From positions 31,065-95,064 of the forward strand of contig JAUNBL010000003.1 of NCBI GenBank assembly GCA_030527235.1: a stretch of DNA of 64,000 nt. The letters run 5' to 3'. This DNA comes from Clostridia bacterium. GTDB taxonomy: Bacteria > Bacillota > Clostridia > UMGS1883. The stretch's first letter is position 1. Each line of letters starts with the position of its first letter. Below are positions 30,244 to 40,569 of this stretch, piece by piece. Below the pieces are notes generated by a model. That model was not told the DNA's origin. It made no database searches and was given only the letters and a program-made list of their open reading frames with translations. The position numbers were made by a program, and so were the translations under genes.

Positions 30244-31422
30244 CTAAAGCCGTGCCTTTATCGCTTCTGCCGCATCAAGTTTTTCCCACGTAAAATTCAC
30301 GTCTGAGCGTCCGAAATGACCGTAGGCGGCAGTAGATAAATATATCGGGCGGCGCAAATTAAGCCGCTCAATAATGACAGAAGGGCGAAGGTCAAACTCT
30401 TGCATAACTATTTTCTCCAACGCGCGGTCAGAAATAACTCCGGTGCCAAACGTGTTGATGTTGATGGAAACCGGCGCCGCTATGCCTATCGCATACGCAA
30501 ACTGTATTTGACATTTCGCCGCCGCACCGCTCGCCACAATGTTCTTGGCAACATAGCGCGCCATGTAAGAGGCGCTGCGGTCAACCTTGGTAGGGTCCTT
30601 CCCGGAAAAGCTTCCGCCGCCATGCGGCGCGTAGCCGCCGTATGTATCCACAATGATTTTACGCCCGGTAAGACCGCTGTCGCCTTGCGGACCGCCTGTT
30701 ACAAATCTGCCGGTCGGATTAACGATAAAGCGTGTGGCGTCATCAAGTAATTTTGGCGGTACGGCAGGGAAGATAACATGCTTTAACAAATCCTCTTTAA
30801 TTATTTCCTGCGATACGTCGGGTTGATGCTGAGCGGAAATAAGTACCGTATCTACACGAAGCGGCGTATCGTCTTCGTCAAATTCCACGGTGACCTGAGT
30901 TTTTCCATCCGGACGCAGATATGGTAAAATGCCGTCCTTGCGTACCTTTGCCAGGCGCATGGCAAGCGCTTGCGAAAGGTTGGCTGTGATAGGCATAAAA
31001 CTGTCTGTTTCTTTGGTCGCATAGCCGAACATCATACCTTGATCGCCTGCGCCTAAATCAAAACTGCCGGAACCGCGCAGTTCCAGCGCATTGTCCACAC
31101 CCATGGCAATATCCGGCGACTGCTCGTGGAGCGTGTTTAAGACCGCACAGTTTTCATAGTGGAAACCCATCGAGGGGTCGGTATAGCCGATACTTTTAAT
31201 TGTCTTTCTCGCAATAGCTCCAATATCGGAATAATGTGCAGTAGTAATTTCTCCGAATACCATAACAAGCCCTGTTGAAGCGCAAACTTCGCAGGCAACG
31301 CGTGCTGTTGGGTCGTGGGCGAGAATATCATCAAGTATTGCATCCGCAATTTGGTCGCAGACTTTGTCAGGATGTCCTTCTGTAACTGACTCTGATGTAA
31401 AAAGCTTTCTTTTGTTCTGCAT
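30244..31422 (-). CDS. metK: S-adenosylmethionine synthetase
   Basis: [18 protein letters not shown]-terminus, GGGAFSGKD motif. Track ORF extends further 5', but the ATG at 31422 follows a GGAGAGATTG RBS. Confidence 0.9.
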   Translation of the reverse strand: MQNKRKLFTSESVTEGHPDKVCDQIADAILDDILAHDPTARVACEVCASTGLVMVFGEITTAHYSDIGAIARKTIKSIGYTDPSMGFHYENCAVLNTLHEQSPDIAMGVDNALELRGSGSFDLGAGDQGMMFGYATKETDSFMPITANLSQALAMRLAKVRKDGILPYLRPDGKTQVTVEFDEDDTPLRVDTVLISAQHQPDVSQEIIKEDLLKHVIFPAVPPKLLDDATRFIVNPTGRFVTGGPQGDSGLTGRKIIVDTYGGYAPHGGGSFSGKDPTKVDRSASYMARYVAKNIVASGAAAKCQIQFAYAIGIAAPVSININTFGTGVISDRALEKIVMQEFDLRPSVIIERLNLRRPIYLSTAAYGHFGRSDVNFTWEKLDAAEAIKARL

Positions 31423-31436
31423 AAATACAATCTCTC

Positions 31437-31991
31437 CTAATTTATTATAACGCCGAAAATACCAAACGAAATGAGCGAGACGATTACGCCCGCGATGCAT
31501 ACTCCGCACAGAATAGACAGAAATGCGTCTTTGAATTTGTAATTGAGAAAAGCCGCCGCGAGTGCGCCTGTCCATGCGCCTGTCCCGGGCAGGGGAATGG
31601 CAACAAAGATACACAACCCCCAGAATTTATAACGTTCTATCTTATCGCGATTTTTTTCAACCTTACGCTCCATCCAACGCGGAAACCATGCGAGAATCTT
31701 CGTCTTTTGAAGCGCACGGCAAAGGGGAGTTATAAGGAACAAAATGAACGGCACAGGAAATAGATTTCCAAGCAGCGCCGTAATATAAGAGGCAATCGGA
31801 TGCAAGTCCAAAGCATACGCTACCGGAAGCGCACCGCGCAGCTCAACTACGGGAATCATGGAAATCAAAAACACATATACATAGTTCGCAGCTTCGACGC
31901 CGAATCCGAGAAAGGTTACAATGCTTTCAGCAAAATTGTTCATGAAAAGTTTTATGCTCTCAACCATATACATACGCCTCTCATTGTTCAA
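31437..31991 (-). CDS. small multidrug-export-like (COG2426) membrane protein
   Basis: About 180 aa, 4-5 [10 protein letters not shown] motif typical of this family; immediately upstream of metK on the same strand. Confidence 0.5.
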   Translation of the reverse strand: MNNERRMYMVESIKLFMNNFAESIVTFLGFGVEAANYVYVFLISMIPVVELRGALPVAYALDLHPIASYITALLGNLFPVPFILFLITPLCRALQKTKILAWFPRWMERKVEKNRDKIERYKFWGLCIFVAIPLPGTGAWTGALAAAFLNYKFKDAFLSILCGVCIAGVIVSLISFGIFGVIIN

Positions 31992-32259
31992 ACTCTATTT
32001 ATTTTATATGCTTTTTTAGGCTTTGTCAAGACAAATAACTTTATATCTCACCCGTTCGATTGCACAGTCGTTAATAATTTATTGTACTGTAAAATTTTGC
32101 GTTTGGGAAAAATTTTTTGCGCAAAAGCTACAGCAACATAATTTTAGCATTTTTCGCTTTCATGAAGCTTGTATGATGTAGCATGGAAGATATGCGAAAA
32201 AGAAAATGAGGACGGTTTTTCCATCCTCATTTTGGAATTATGCGGAAAACATCTGCGCG

Positions 32260-32931
32260 TTATACTTTGCTGAAGCTCGGAGGGCTGGCATTGGTATCTC
32301 CAAAATGGTCGGCAGGAGATGGGCTTGACAAGTCGAAATATATTCGAGAGTCTGAAGTAACTCCGAAATCCTTGTTTGAACCAGTGTCTTGTACTCGGTT
32401 AAATGCTTCACGGAAAAGTGCGTTGTGGGCCTCTTCGCGATTCAACAGGAAGTCAATCGTTTCTTTTACGCGTTTATCGTTAATTTGGCGGTAGAGATAT
32501 TCATAAACTACCTTTGCCCTTTGCTCAGATGCGATATTGGACAGTAAATCCGCACATAAGTCCCCCGTTACCGTAACATAATCCGAAGTCCAAGAGTATC
32601 CCGATGAGTTTATAAGCCCCGGATTCAAACCCAAAATTACATGTGTCTGAATTTCGCCGGAGGATACAGCGCTGTAATCCACATCGTGACCATTCAGTAA
32701 ATTGATGGTTTGCGCAACCATTTCCATATGGCTGAGTTCCTCAGCGGCAATGTCCATAAACAAATCTTTAATTGCCGGGTCTTTGATTCTGAAACTCTGT
32801 GACATATACTGCATCGCTGCTTTCAACTCGCCATTGCCGCCGCCGAGTTGTTCCTGGAGAAGTACAGCATATTGCGGATTTGGCTGCTCTACTCCCACAG
32901 GGTGAAATAACTGCTTTTCATGCTTAAACAT
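32260..32931 (-). CDS. manganese catalase family protein (CotJC-like spore coat protein)
   Basis: Ferritin-like di-metal motifs (ELKAAMQYMSQ, EELSHMEMV). Confidence 0.75.
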   Translation of the reverse strand: MFKHEKQLFHPVGVEQPNPQYAVLLQEQLGGGNGELKAAMQYMSQSFRIKDPAIKDLFMDIAAEELSHMEMVAQTINLLNGHDVDYSAVSSGEIQTHVILGLNPGLINSSGYSWTSDYVTVTGDLCADLLSNIASEQRAKVVYEYLYRQINDKRVKETIDFLLNREEAHNALFREAFNRVQDTGSNKDFGVTSDSRIYFDLSSPSPADHFGDTNASPPSFSKV

Positions 32932-33132
32932 AAATACACTCCTTTCCTGACATTATTATTTGCAATTAATCAAATTCGATTCAATTTGCTTAATTTGCGT
33001 GCTTGCTATATTTTCTTCTTGAAATAGGCGCAAGAATATGTTATACTAAACAAAATATCGTAGCGTGGAATGTAATATTGCTTTTTTCATTACCGCGCGT
33101 GGCAGATACAATAAAATTTGAGGTGTTGTAAA

Positions 33133-33726
33133 ATGAGCGAATTTGAAGACAATAACATTGCCGAAACGGTAAAAACTGAGGTGCAGACGCCTTCACAGCC
33201 GCCGACAGGCAAATTCAAAAAAGAAGCGGCGGAGTGGATACAGGCAATAGTGGTGGCGGTTGTCCTCGCTCTTATAATCCGTACATTTATTTTTACTGTC
33301 GTAAAAGTTGATGGTCCATCAATGGAAGAAACGCTGCACCACGAGGAGAGGCTTATTGTCTGGAGGCTTTTATATCAGCCTACACAGGGAGATATTATAA
33401 TTTTCCACCCTGCCAAAGCGCCTGAGAAATGCTATGTTAAAAGAATAATTGCCACAGAGGGACAAAGTGTTTACGTAGACTATGAAAACAATCAGGTTTT
33501 GGTGGACGGTTACCCTATAGATGAGCCGTACATACCCGAAGCGATGCGCCCGATTTACACTTCCAAAGAGATGATTGTACCGGAAGACAGCGTGTTCGTA
33601 ATGGGTGATAACAGAAACCACAGCAGCGACAGCCGTGATTCAACGGTGGGATTTGTGAAGAAGAGTTCAATATTGGGAAAGGCGGTAATCAGATTCTGGC
33701 CGTTTAATAAGCTTACGGTATTTTAA
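33133..33726 (+). CDS. lepB: signal peptidase I
   Basis: Catalytic GPSMEETL (Ser) and VMGDNRNHSSDSR boxes. Confidence 0.85.
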   Translation: MSEFEDNNIAETVKTEVQTPSQPPTGKFKKEAAEWIQAIVVAVVLALIIRTFIFTVVKVDGPSMEETLHHEERLIVWRLLYQPTQGDIIIFHPAKAPEKCYVKRIIATEGQSVYVDYENNQVLVDGYPIDEPYIPEAMRPIYTSKEMIVPEDSVFVMGDNRNHSSDSRDSTVGFVKKSSILGKAVIRFWPFNKLTVF

Positions 33727-33728
33727 GT

Positions 33729-34568
33729 ATGAATAATATAAATTGGTTCCCTGGGCATATGACAAAAACTGCTCGTATGATAACCGCAGATATAAAAAAT
33801 GTAGACTGCGTAATAGAAATAGTGGACGCGCGTTGCCCGATAAGCAGCAGCAACCCTATGTTGCCCACGCTCACAAAGGGAAAGGCGAGTATCCTTGTCA
33901 TGAATAAATGTGACCTTGCCGATGCAGAGGCGACCAAAAGGCATAAGGCTCGTTATGAACAGGAAGGCAGGCGCGTTATGTGCGTATCGGCAGTGAAAGC
34001 GGTAGATGCTAAAGTCCTTGTCGATACAGTTAGGATAATGCTTGCGAGCAAAATAGAGCGCGACCGCGCCCGCATGATGATAAACCGTCCGCTTCGAGTG
34101 ATGGTGTGTGGTATCCCCAATGTAGGTAAGAGTACGTTCATTAATTCGCTGATTCGCCGTGGCGCCACGCAGACAGCGGATCGTCCCGGCGTTACGAGAG
34201 GAAAGCAATGGATTTCGCTAAAGGGCGGAATTGATGTTTTAGATACGCCCGGTATTCTCTGGCCAAAATTTGAGGACGAAAGGGCGGCGCAGCGTCTTGC
34301 ATTTATCGGCGCCATCAAAGATGATGTGCTTGACATAGAAGAACTCTGTGCGCTGCTTTTGGAGCATCTCGCTCAGAACTACGCAAGAAATCTTGAGGAA
34401 AGGTACAGTATTAAGGTTGCCGAGACTGATGGCGGCAAACTGCTTGAGGCGATTGCCAAACGAAGAGGATTTATTGTGAAAGGCGGCGAGACGGATACGC
34501 AGCGCGCAGCGGCAGTGGTCCTTGACGAGTTTCGTGCGGCAAAGCTGGGCAGGATAACGTTTGAGTAA
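33729..34568 (+). CDS. rbgA: ribosome biogenesis GTPase YlqF/RbgA
   Basis: Circularly permuted GTPase: NKCDL, then GIPNVGKST, DTPG. Confidence 0.85.
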   Translation: MNNINWFPGHMTKTARMITADIKNVDCVIEIVDARCPISSSNPMLPTLTKGKASILVMNKCDLADAEATKRHKARYEQEGRRVMCVSAVKAVDAKVLVDTVRIMLASKIERDRARMMINRPLRVMVCGIPNVGKSTFINSLIRRGATQTADRPGVTRGKQWISLKGGIDVLDTPGILWPKFEDERAAQRLAFIGAIKDDVLDIEELCALLLEHLAQNYARNLEERYSIKVAETDGGKLLEAIAKRRGFIVKGGETDTQRAAAVVLDEFRAAKLGRITFE

Positions 34569-34579
34569 GGGGTGGAGAA

Positions 34580-35215
34580 ATGCCGAGAAAAACAAATGAA
34601 CAGCTCCGCGAAAAGCTTTTCTCCATGCTTGAGCTTGAACGCACGCTAAAACGCAAGGGCTTTTGTGCAGTTGCGGGGGTTGACGAGGCGGGACGCGGTC
34701 CTCTTGCCGGAGAAGTCTATGCCGCTGCCGTAATTCTTGATACAGACAATGAAATATTGGGACTTGATGATTCTAAAAAGCTCTCCCCGAAAAGGCGCGA
34801 AGAGCTTTTTGAAATAATTATAGCACGCTCGGCCGCCTACAGCGTTGCGACGGCGAGCGTGGAGGAAATTGATGCTCTTAACATACGGAATGCTACATAT
34901 TTGGCGATGAACAGAGCCATAGCAAAGCTAAAGTTTGCGGCGGATTATGTGCTTGTGGATGGCGATGCCGTTACCAACTGCCCTGTTGCACATGAGTGCG
35001 TCATAAAAGGGGATTCAAAAAGCGCGTCAATTGCCGCAGCGTCTATCATGGCAAAGGTATCGCGGGATTTAGCTATGCTTGAAGAAGCAAAGAGATATCC
35101 TTGCTACGGGTTTGAAAAGCACAAAGGGTATGGTACAGCGGAGCATATTGCCGCAATACAAAAATATGGTCCGTGTGAAATACATCGGAAATCGTTTATA
35201 AGGAATTTTGTATGA
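34580..35215 (+). CDS. rnhB: ribonuclease HII
   Basis: GVDEAGRGPLAG active-site motif. Confidence 0.9.
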   Translation: MPRKTNEQLREKLFSMLELERTLKRKGFCAVAGVDEAGRGPLAGEVYAAAVILDTDNEILGLDDSKKLSPKRREELFEIIIARSAAYSVATASVEEIDALNIRNATYLAMNRAIAKLKFAADYVLVDGDAVTNCPVAHECVIKGDSKSASIAAASIMAKVSRDLAMLEEAKRYPCYGFEKHKGYGTAEHIAAIQKYGPCEIHRKSFIRNFV

Positions 35216-35595
35216 TGCAAAAAAGAGATATGGGAAATAAAGGCGAGGATGCGGCGGTTCGCTCTTTGAAACGCATGGGCTATAAAATCAAGGAGCGAAA
35301 CTACAGTGTTCCGCTTGGTGAGATTGATATAATTGCCACGGATGGGGAATATACTTGCTTTGTGGAAGTAAAAATGCGTAAAAATACACTCTACGGCGCG
35401 CCCGTGGAGTTTGTAGATAAGAGAAAGCGGCAACGAATCATAAAGGCGGCAATGATATATATGAAAACCCATGGCATTAGTGATATGCCGCTGCGTTTTG
35501 ATGTCGTTTCCATTATAGGAGATGCGGAATACGAAAAACAAAAAAGTTGGGAAATAGAGGTGATAAAAAATGCGTTTAGCGTATCCGATATTTGA
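35212..35595 (+). CDS. YraN family (UPF0102) endonuclease-like protein
   Basis: GE..A..L..GY..L..N..GEIDIIA motif; conserved position after rnhB. Confidence 0.7.
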   Translation: MMQKRDMGNKGEDAAVRSLKRMGYKIKERNYSVPLGEIDIIATDGEYTCFVEVKMRKNTLYGAPVEFVDKRKRQRIIKAAMIYMKTHGISDMPLRFDVVSIIGDAEYEKQKSWEIEVIKNAFSVSDI

Positions 35596-36484
35596 CGCGC
35601 ATTGTGACAGTGCGGTAAAAAGAAGTCTTGATGGAGAAGAGAATCAGTTTCGTTGCTCGGATATGCTGTGCTTTCCGGCATATCTTCAAGTCTTTGCTGT
35701 ATGCGCGGAGGGAAAGGCAAACGCGTTTTCTTTTACCGAGGAGACAATTTTACGCCTGCTTCGTTCTTTGAGAAAAAATGATATTACCGTGGTAAAAGGG
35801 CGCCAGGAAATCTTTGACACGCAACGTGGCGCAATTTTGGCAATTGAGGGGGCGGATGCGCTTCATGGAAGCTTGGCAGCGCTGCGCCACTTCTATCGTC
35901 GAGGAGTGAGAGTGTTGACGCTGACTTGGAATAATGACAACGATGCGGCTTCCTCTGTAACAGCTGTACAGGATAACGGTTTGAAGCCCTTTGGCAGGAG
36001 ACTGATTCGCGAATGTGAAGCGTTGGGAATAACGGTGGATTTATCGCATATATCAGACAAGGCTTTTTTTGAAGCGGCGAATCATTCACGCCGCCGCGTG
36101 ATATGCTCACATTCCAATTCTCGTACTGTATGCCCGGACTTTAAGCGGAACATAACGGACAGCCAGTTCAAAACGCTTATCAAACTCCGCGGTGTGGCGG
36201 GGATTAATCTTTGCGCCGACTTTTGCGGATTGGGAAGAGATATGCGCGCAGTTACAGCGCATATTGAACATTTTTGTGCACTGGGAGGCGAGAAGAATAT
36301 TGGTATAGGAACTGATTTTGACGGCGTTTCTGAGCTTCCGAAAGGCTGTGATGGAGCGCGATGGCTCCATGAGCTTTTTGAAGCACTTTTACGTCTTAAT
36401 TATCCGGAAAAAACAGTACGTGCTATTGCATTCAAAAACTTTTACGAACTTTTTTATGAAAACATGAAAAAAAGTATTGCATAA
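35570..36484 (+). CDS. membrane dipeptidase (peptidase M19 family)
   Basis: FDAHCD N-terminus, DLSHISD, HSNSR motifs. Confidence 0.75.
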   Translation: MRLAYPIFDAHCDSAVKRSLDGEENQFRCSDMLCFPAYLQVFAVCAEGKANAFSFTEETILRLLRSLRKNDITVVKGRQEIFDTQRGAILAIEGADALHGSLAALRHFYRRGVRVLTLTWNNDNDAASSVTAVQDNGLKPFGRRLIRECEALGITVDLSHISDKAFFEAANHSRRRVICSHSNSRTVCPDFKRNITDSQFKTLIKLRGVAGINLCADFCGLGRDMRAVTAHIEHFCALGGEKNIGIGTDFDGVSELPKGCDGARWLHELFEALLRLNYPEKTVRAIAFKNFYELFYENMKKSIA

Positions 36485-36528
36485 ATTTGCATTTTGATTT
36501 ATAATAATGCAAACAGGAGATGATAAGA

Positions 36529-37710
36529 ATGAAAATCGAGGAAATAATCAAGCTTGATAAAGCCAATTATTTGAATACTTTTGGTGACAGGATTCCGGTT
36601 GCGTTTGAACGCGGAGAAGGAGTGTATTTATACACTGAAGAGGGCGAGAGTTATCTTGATTTTTTCGCGGGAATAGCTGTAAATGCGCTTGGACACGCGC
36701 ATAAAAATTTCACAGAAGCTCTGCATGAACAACTTGACAAACTGCTGCATACTTCTTCGATTTACTATGTAAAAAACCAGGCGCTGCTTGCGCAAAGGAT
36801 AACGCAAAATTCATGTGCTGACAAGGTGTATTTTGCTAACAGCGGTGCGGAAGCAAACGAAGCGGCGGTGAAGCTTGCCAAAATTTATTTTTATAAGCAG
36901 GACAAGAATAAGACGGATGTTATTACCCTCAGGTCCTCTTTTCACGGGCGTACAATGGCAATGGTGGCGGCGACCGGGCAGGAGAAATATCAAAAACCCT
37001 ACTATCCGCTTACGCCGGGATTTTCACATGTGCCTATAAACGATATAGCGGCGCTCAAGGCGGCGATAACAGATAAAACATGTGCTATACTAGTAGAACC
37101 GATTCAAGGTGAAAGCGGTGTACATCCGCTTGAGATGTCGTATGCCAAAAAGCTGCGCGAGCTTTGTGACGAAAAAGATATTATTTTGATATTTGACGAG
37201 GTTCAGACAGGGATGGGACGAACGGGGCATCTTTTCGCTTACCAAATGCTCGGCGTCGAACCGGATATATTTACACTTGCCAAAGCGCTTGGGGGAGGAA
37301 TACCAATCGGGGCAGTGTGCGCAAAAGATTTTGTGGCGAAAGGCTTTGAACCCGGAGACCACGGCGGCACCTTCGGCGGGAATCCTTTTGCAACGGCCGC
37401 AGGCCTTGCAGTGTTTGATATAATTGAAAAAGAACATCTTTGCGAAAATGCGGCGATAATGGGAAAGTATCTGGCGGAAAAGGTAAAGGCGCTGTCGCTG
37501 CCACAGATAAAACAAATACGTCAGTTTGGATTAATGATTGGGATTGAAACGGAGGACGGTGCTGCTCAACTGTGGCAAAAAAGTCTTTTTGAGCATAAGG
37601 TGCTTGTGGGCTCTGTGGCAGGGAAGATACTGCGTGTGCTGCCGCCTCTCATAGTTGAGCGCTTGCAAATTGACGAATTTGTCGAAAAGTTGAGTGAGAC
37701 GGCAAAATAG
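36529..37710 (+). CDS. argD: acetylornithine aminotransferase (class III PLP aminotransferase)
   Basis: PLP-lysine region DEVQTGMGRTG..TLAKALGGG; adjacent to argF. Confidence 0.8.
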   Translation: MKIEEIIKLDKANYLNTFGDRIPVAFERGEGVYLYTEEGESYLDFFAGIAVNALGHAHKNFTEALHEQLDKLLHTSSIYYVKNQALLAQRITQNSCADKVYFANSGAEANEAAVKLAKIYFYKQDKNKTDVITLRSSFHGRTMAMVAATGQEKYQKPYYPLTPGFSHVPINDIAALKAAITDKTCAILVEPIQGESGVHPLEMSYAKKLRELCDEKDIILIFDEVQTGMGRTGHLFAYQMLGVEPDIFTLAKALGGGIPIGAVCAKDFVAKGFEPGDHGGTFGGNPFATAAGLAVFDIIEKEHLCENAAIMGKYLAEKVKALSLPQIKQIRQFGLMIGIETEDGAAQLWQKSLFEHKVLVGSVAGKILRVLPPLIVERLQIDEFVEKLSETAK

Positions 37711-37771
37711 CAAAGTAGTAAAGTAGTAAAATAGTAAAATAGAAGATTGACAGACGCCCGCGGAGGTTTTA

Positions 37772-38737
37772 ATGGATAAGCTTCTTTTGAACGCGGAGCA
37801 GATAAACCGACTTAACGAGAAGATAGCCGCTGAAAGTGAAAGCGGCGTAGTTGATTTGACTAAAGCCGAGTGTCCGCGCTATGCGGTAGCGCTGCGGCGT
37901 ACTGCGGTTTATATCGAGCCAAAGGCACGAAGTGGGAGAGAGCTTTTTGATTATAATCGCGAATCAGTGCTTCTGCCCTATGAGCCGATACTTGTTTTGG
38001 ATGACTGCGGCGAGTTTTATCGTGTACGCGCAAGGAACACACAAGGATATGTTTTGCGGGACACAGTCGCTGTTACATATGACAGAGCTTTATGGTTGAA
38101 TTTTGCAAATCCGAGCAAATTCCTCGTGGTAACAGCTGACATGCTGGGCGCTTTGTCAATGGGGACACGTATTCCGTGCGATGAAAATTTTTGCGTGATG
38201 GTGCCGTCAATAAAACGCGGTGAAATGAGTGTTGAAACATATCACATAGACAATATGTACGGACTGAGAGTCGGATACTTACCGCTCACGCAAAAAAATA
38301 TTTTCAAACAGCTTGCCCTTTGCGTGGGTGATGTGTATGGCTGGGGCGGAAGTTTTGATTCGCGCGACTGCTCGGCGCTTATTAGTGAGGTTTACGCGTC
38401 GTTCGGAATATTTTTAGGGCGCAATGCGGCGAATCAAATGTTCTGCGGCACAAGGCACATTGATTTGAGCGGAAGTTCTGCGTGTGACAAAGAAAGACTT
38501 ATTATGTCGTTGCCGGTAGGTTCGCTCGTTTACTTTCCGGGACATGTGATGGCATACATAGGCGCCTTTGCGCAAAAACCTTATATTGTGCACGCAATCT
38601 ACGGCTATGGGCCTCAAAAAGCGCGCATATTACCAAATAGTGTAATAATAACTGATATGGATATTATAAGAACAAAAAACGGAGAGAAGTTTATTGATAA
38701 TATAACAGACGCCGTAATATTTACACAAAAGGAGTAA
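37772..38737 (+). CDS. NlpC/P60 (C40) peptidase with N-terminal SH3b-like domains
   Basis: Catalytic Cys region DCSALISEVYASFGI and C-terminal His. Confidence 0.7.
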   Translation: MDKLLLNAEQINRLNEKIAAESESGVVDLTKAECPRYAVALRRTAVYIEPKARSGRELFDYNRESVLLPYEPILVLDDCGEFYRVRARNTQGYVLRDTVAVTYDRALWLNFANPSKFLVVTADMLGALSMGTRIPCDENFCVMVPSIKRGEMSVETYHIDNMYGLRVGYLPLTQKNIFKQLALCVGDVYGWGGSFDSRDCSALISEVYASFGIFLGRNAANQMFCGTRHIDLSGSSACDKERLIMSLPVGSLVYFPGHVMAYIGAFAQKPYIVHAIYGYGPQKARILPNSVIITDMDIIRTKNGEKFIDNITDAVIFTQKE

Positions 38738-38743
38738 TTTTTA

Positions 38744-39661
38744 ATGAAGCATTTAATTTCCCTTCACGATTTAACACAAGACGAGATTTTAGAAATTTTG
38801 ACTCTTGCGCTTAAACTCAAGAAAGAGCAGAAGGAAGGAGTTTTGCACCCTGTGCTGCGAGGCAAGACTCTCGGCATGATATTTACGAAATCATCTACGC
38901 GTACAAGAGTGTCTTTTGAGGTGGGGATGAGCCAGCTCGGTGGGCAGGCGCTGTTTCTTTCGGCAAACGATATTCAGCTCGGACGCGGGGAGACGATTTA
39001 CGATACTGCGAAGGTGCTTTCACGATACCTTGACGGTATTATGATACGCACATTTGATCACAACGATGTGCTTGACCTTGCCAAATACGGCTCTATTCCA
39101 ATTATAAACGGACTTACGGATTTGCTTCATCCTTGTCAGGTGCTTGCCGATTTACAGACTGTTTGGGAGCATAAGGGCAAGTTACAAGGATTAAAAATGG
39201 CGTTTCTCGGCGATGGAAACAATGTCGCTCATTCGCTGCTGTATGGCTGTGCCAAGGTTGGTATGGACATTACCATTGGCTCACCTAAAGGTTATACGTG
39301 CAACGAAGAGATTGTTGCTGGCGCAAAAGAAGATGCAAAGGAAAGCGGTGCGGTGATAACAATTACAGAAGACCCTGTTGAAGCAATTAAAGATGCCGAT
39401 GTGGTGTATACCGATACATGGTGTTCTATGGGCCAGGAAAAGGAGAAGGCTGAGCGCGTGAAAATCTTTGGCGCTTATCAGGTAAACTCTCGGCTCTTTG
39501 CACACGCCAAGGAAGATGCCATCTTTATGCATTGTCTGCCGGCGTATCGTGGTTTTGAGATGACTGAGGATATAATTGACGGAGCCCACAGCGTGGTGTT
39601 TGATGAAGCGGAGAATCGCCTCCATGCTCAGAAAGCGGTTATGGCGCTCTTAATGAAATAG
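38744..39661 (+). CDS. argF: ornithine carbamoyltransferase
   Basis: STRTRVSFE carbamoyl-phosphate motif, HCLPA motif. Confidence 0.9.
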   Translation: MKHLISLHDLTQDEILEILTLALKLKKEQKEGVLHPVLRGKTLGMIFTKSSTRTRVSFEVGMSQLGGQALFLSANDIQLGRGETIYDTAKVLSRYLDGIMIRTFDHNDVLDLAKYGSIPIINGLTDLLHPCQVLADLQTVWEHKGKLQGLKMAFLGDGNNVAHSLLYGCAKVGMDITIGSPKGYTCNEEIVAGAKEDAKESGAVITITEDPVEAIKDADVVYTDTWCSMGQEKEKAERVKIFGAYQVNSRLFAHAKEDAIFMHCLPAYRGFEMTEDIIDGAHSVVFDEAENRLHAQKAVMALLMK

Positions 39662-39699
39662 CAAACTGCAGCTTTAGCTAACAACAGATGAAATGAGGA

Positions 39700-40188
39700 A
39701 TGATTGGCATGGGCGAGAACAAGTTTTTTGAAGTGCGCCATGCTGTGGAGGCTGATGCCTCGGCGATTGCGCAGATAACTCGCGACGCTTTCGGCAGGTA
39801 TTGCGCCATGGCGGATTTGTCAACGTGTGATGCACTTTGTGAAACGCCGGAGGATATCATACGCGACATTAAAGAGAAAATTGTGTTAGTGGCCTATATA
39901 GATGACGAAGTCGTTGGCAGTGTACGTGTGACGGTGAACGAAGCGGAAAAAACCGCGTATCTTTCACGCTTTGGAGTGAGCATGAAATACCAAAATCTTG
40001 GCATAGGAAAAGCGCTCATAAATATGGTGGATATTACAATGCGTTCGATTGGCGTTCGCGAAATTTCTCTTCATACGGCATCAAAAGCCTCCGGACTGGT
40101 GAGGTTTTATTACGGCAGAGGATATTATATTGATTCTACGGATAAAAGCAGAGGGTATATTCGTGCGCTTTTGGTGAAAAAATATTAA
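39700..40188 (+). CDS. GNAT family N-acetyltransferase
   Basis: Acetyl-CoA motif VSMKYQNLGIGKALI. Confidence 0.7.
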   Translation: MIGMGENKFFEVRHAVEADASAIAQITRDAFGRYCAMADLSTCDALCETPEDIIRDIKEKIVLVAYIDDEVVGSVRVTVNEAEKTAYLSRFGVSMKYQNLGIGKALINMVDITMRSIGVREISLHTASKASGLVRFYYGRGYYIDSTDKSRGYIRALLVKKY

Positions 40189-40205
40189 AGCCCGGATTGA
40201 TGTAA

Positions 40206-40242
40206 AATGTCCCCGGACCATTGGTTCGGGGACATTTTTTAA
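40206..40242. terminator. bidirectional rho-independent terminator
   Basis: atgtccccggacc/ggttcggggacat stem flanked by A-run on one side and T-run on the other. Confidence 0.75.
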
Positions 40243-40418
40243 AACTCTGTTTCAATATCAAACGGCGGCGCAAACTCGTAAAGTTCCCTGTACGCTTCGT
40301 ACTCCGCCTGTGTTTGGGGAGGTATTGGTAAAAATCCAGTACACTCCGTTGTAGAAACAGCGACTCCGAATTCATCGAGAAATTCGTCAGGCAGCGGCCT
40401 GCGCTTTGCTTTTTTCAT
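40239..40418 (-). CDS. small hypothetical protein (59 aa, MKKAKRRPLPDEFLDEFGVAVSTTECTGFLPIPPQTQAEYEAYRELYEFAPPFDIETEF), not in the supplied ORF track
   Basis: Hand-translated minus-strand ORF with GAAGGGGTGAAA RBS 6 nt before ATG; ends at the bidirectional terminator. The track lists a different-frame 79 aa ORF here that lacks an RBS. Confidence 0.35.
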   Translation of the reverse strand: MKKAKRRPLPDEFLDEFGVAVSTTECTGFLPIPPQTQAEYEAYRELYEFAPPFDIETEF

Positions 40419-40481
40419 CGCATTTCACCCCTTCATTGTTAGTATGTCTAACCTTACTTGCGTCCATGCAAGGCAAAAAAA

Positions 40482-40556
40482 GTTTTTCAAAAAAAGTATT
40501 GACAACGTGAATAAACAATGCTATTATAATAACAACAATAGTTACTATTATTAAAA
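40482..40556 (+). promoter_or_regulatory. sigma-A type promoter with A-tract UP element and overlapping PerR/Fur-box-like palindrome
   Basis: TTGACA-17-TATTAT; palindromic TTATAATAAcaacaatagTTACTATTATTAA spanning -10 and +1 region. Confidence 0.45.
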
Positions 40557-40569
40557 CGGTGGTGACAGT

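Noticed and set aside
30400-30750. 116-aa plus-strand ORF inside metK
   Set aside because: Antisense to metK; Arg/Ala-rich, GC-skew artefact.
31992-32259. Searched for a SAM-I (S-box) riboswitch upstream of the metK transcription unit
   Set aside because: No S-box consensus elements on the minus strand. Only a bidirectional terminator (32198-32232) and A+T-rich promoter sequence found.
37713-37745. Short tandem agtaaa/gtagtaaa repeats after argD
   Set aside because: Only about 4 units, at a gene end overlapping the stop. Too short to call a repeat locus; no CRISPR-like spacer structure.
40136-40375. Track ORF of 79 aa on the minus strand
   Set aside because: No RBS and it runs through the terminator hairpin. 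A different-frame 59-aa ORF with a strong RBS fits better (reported as feature).
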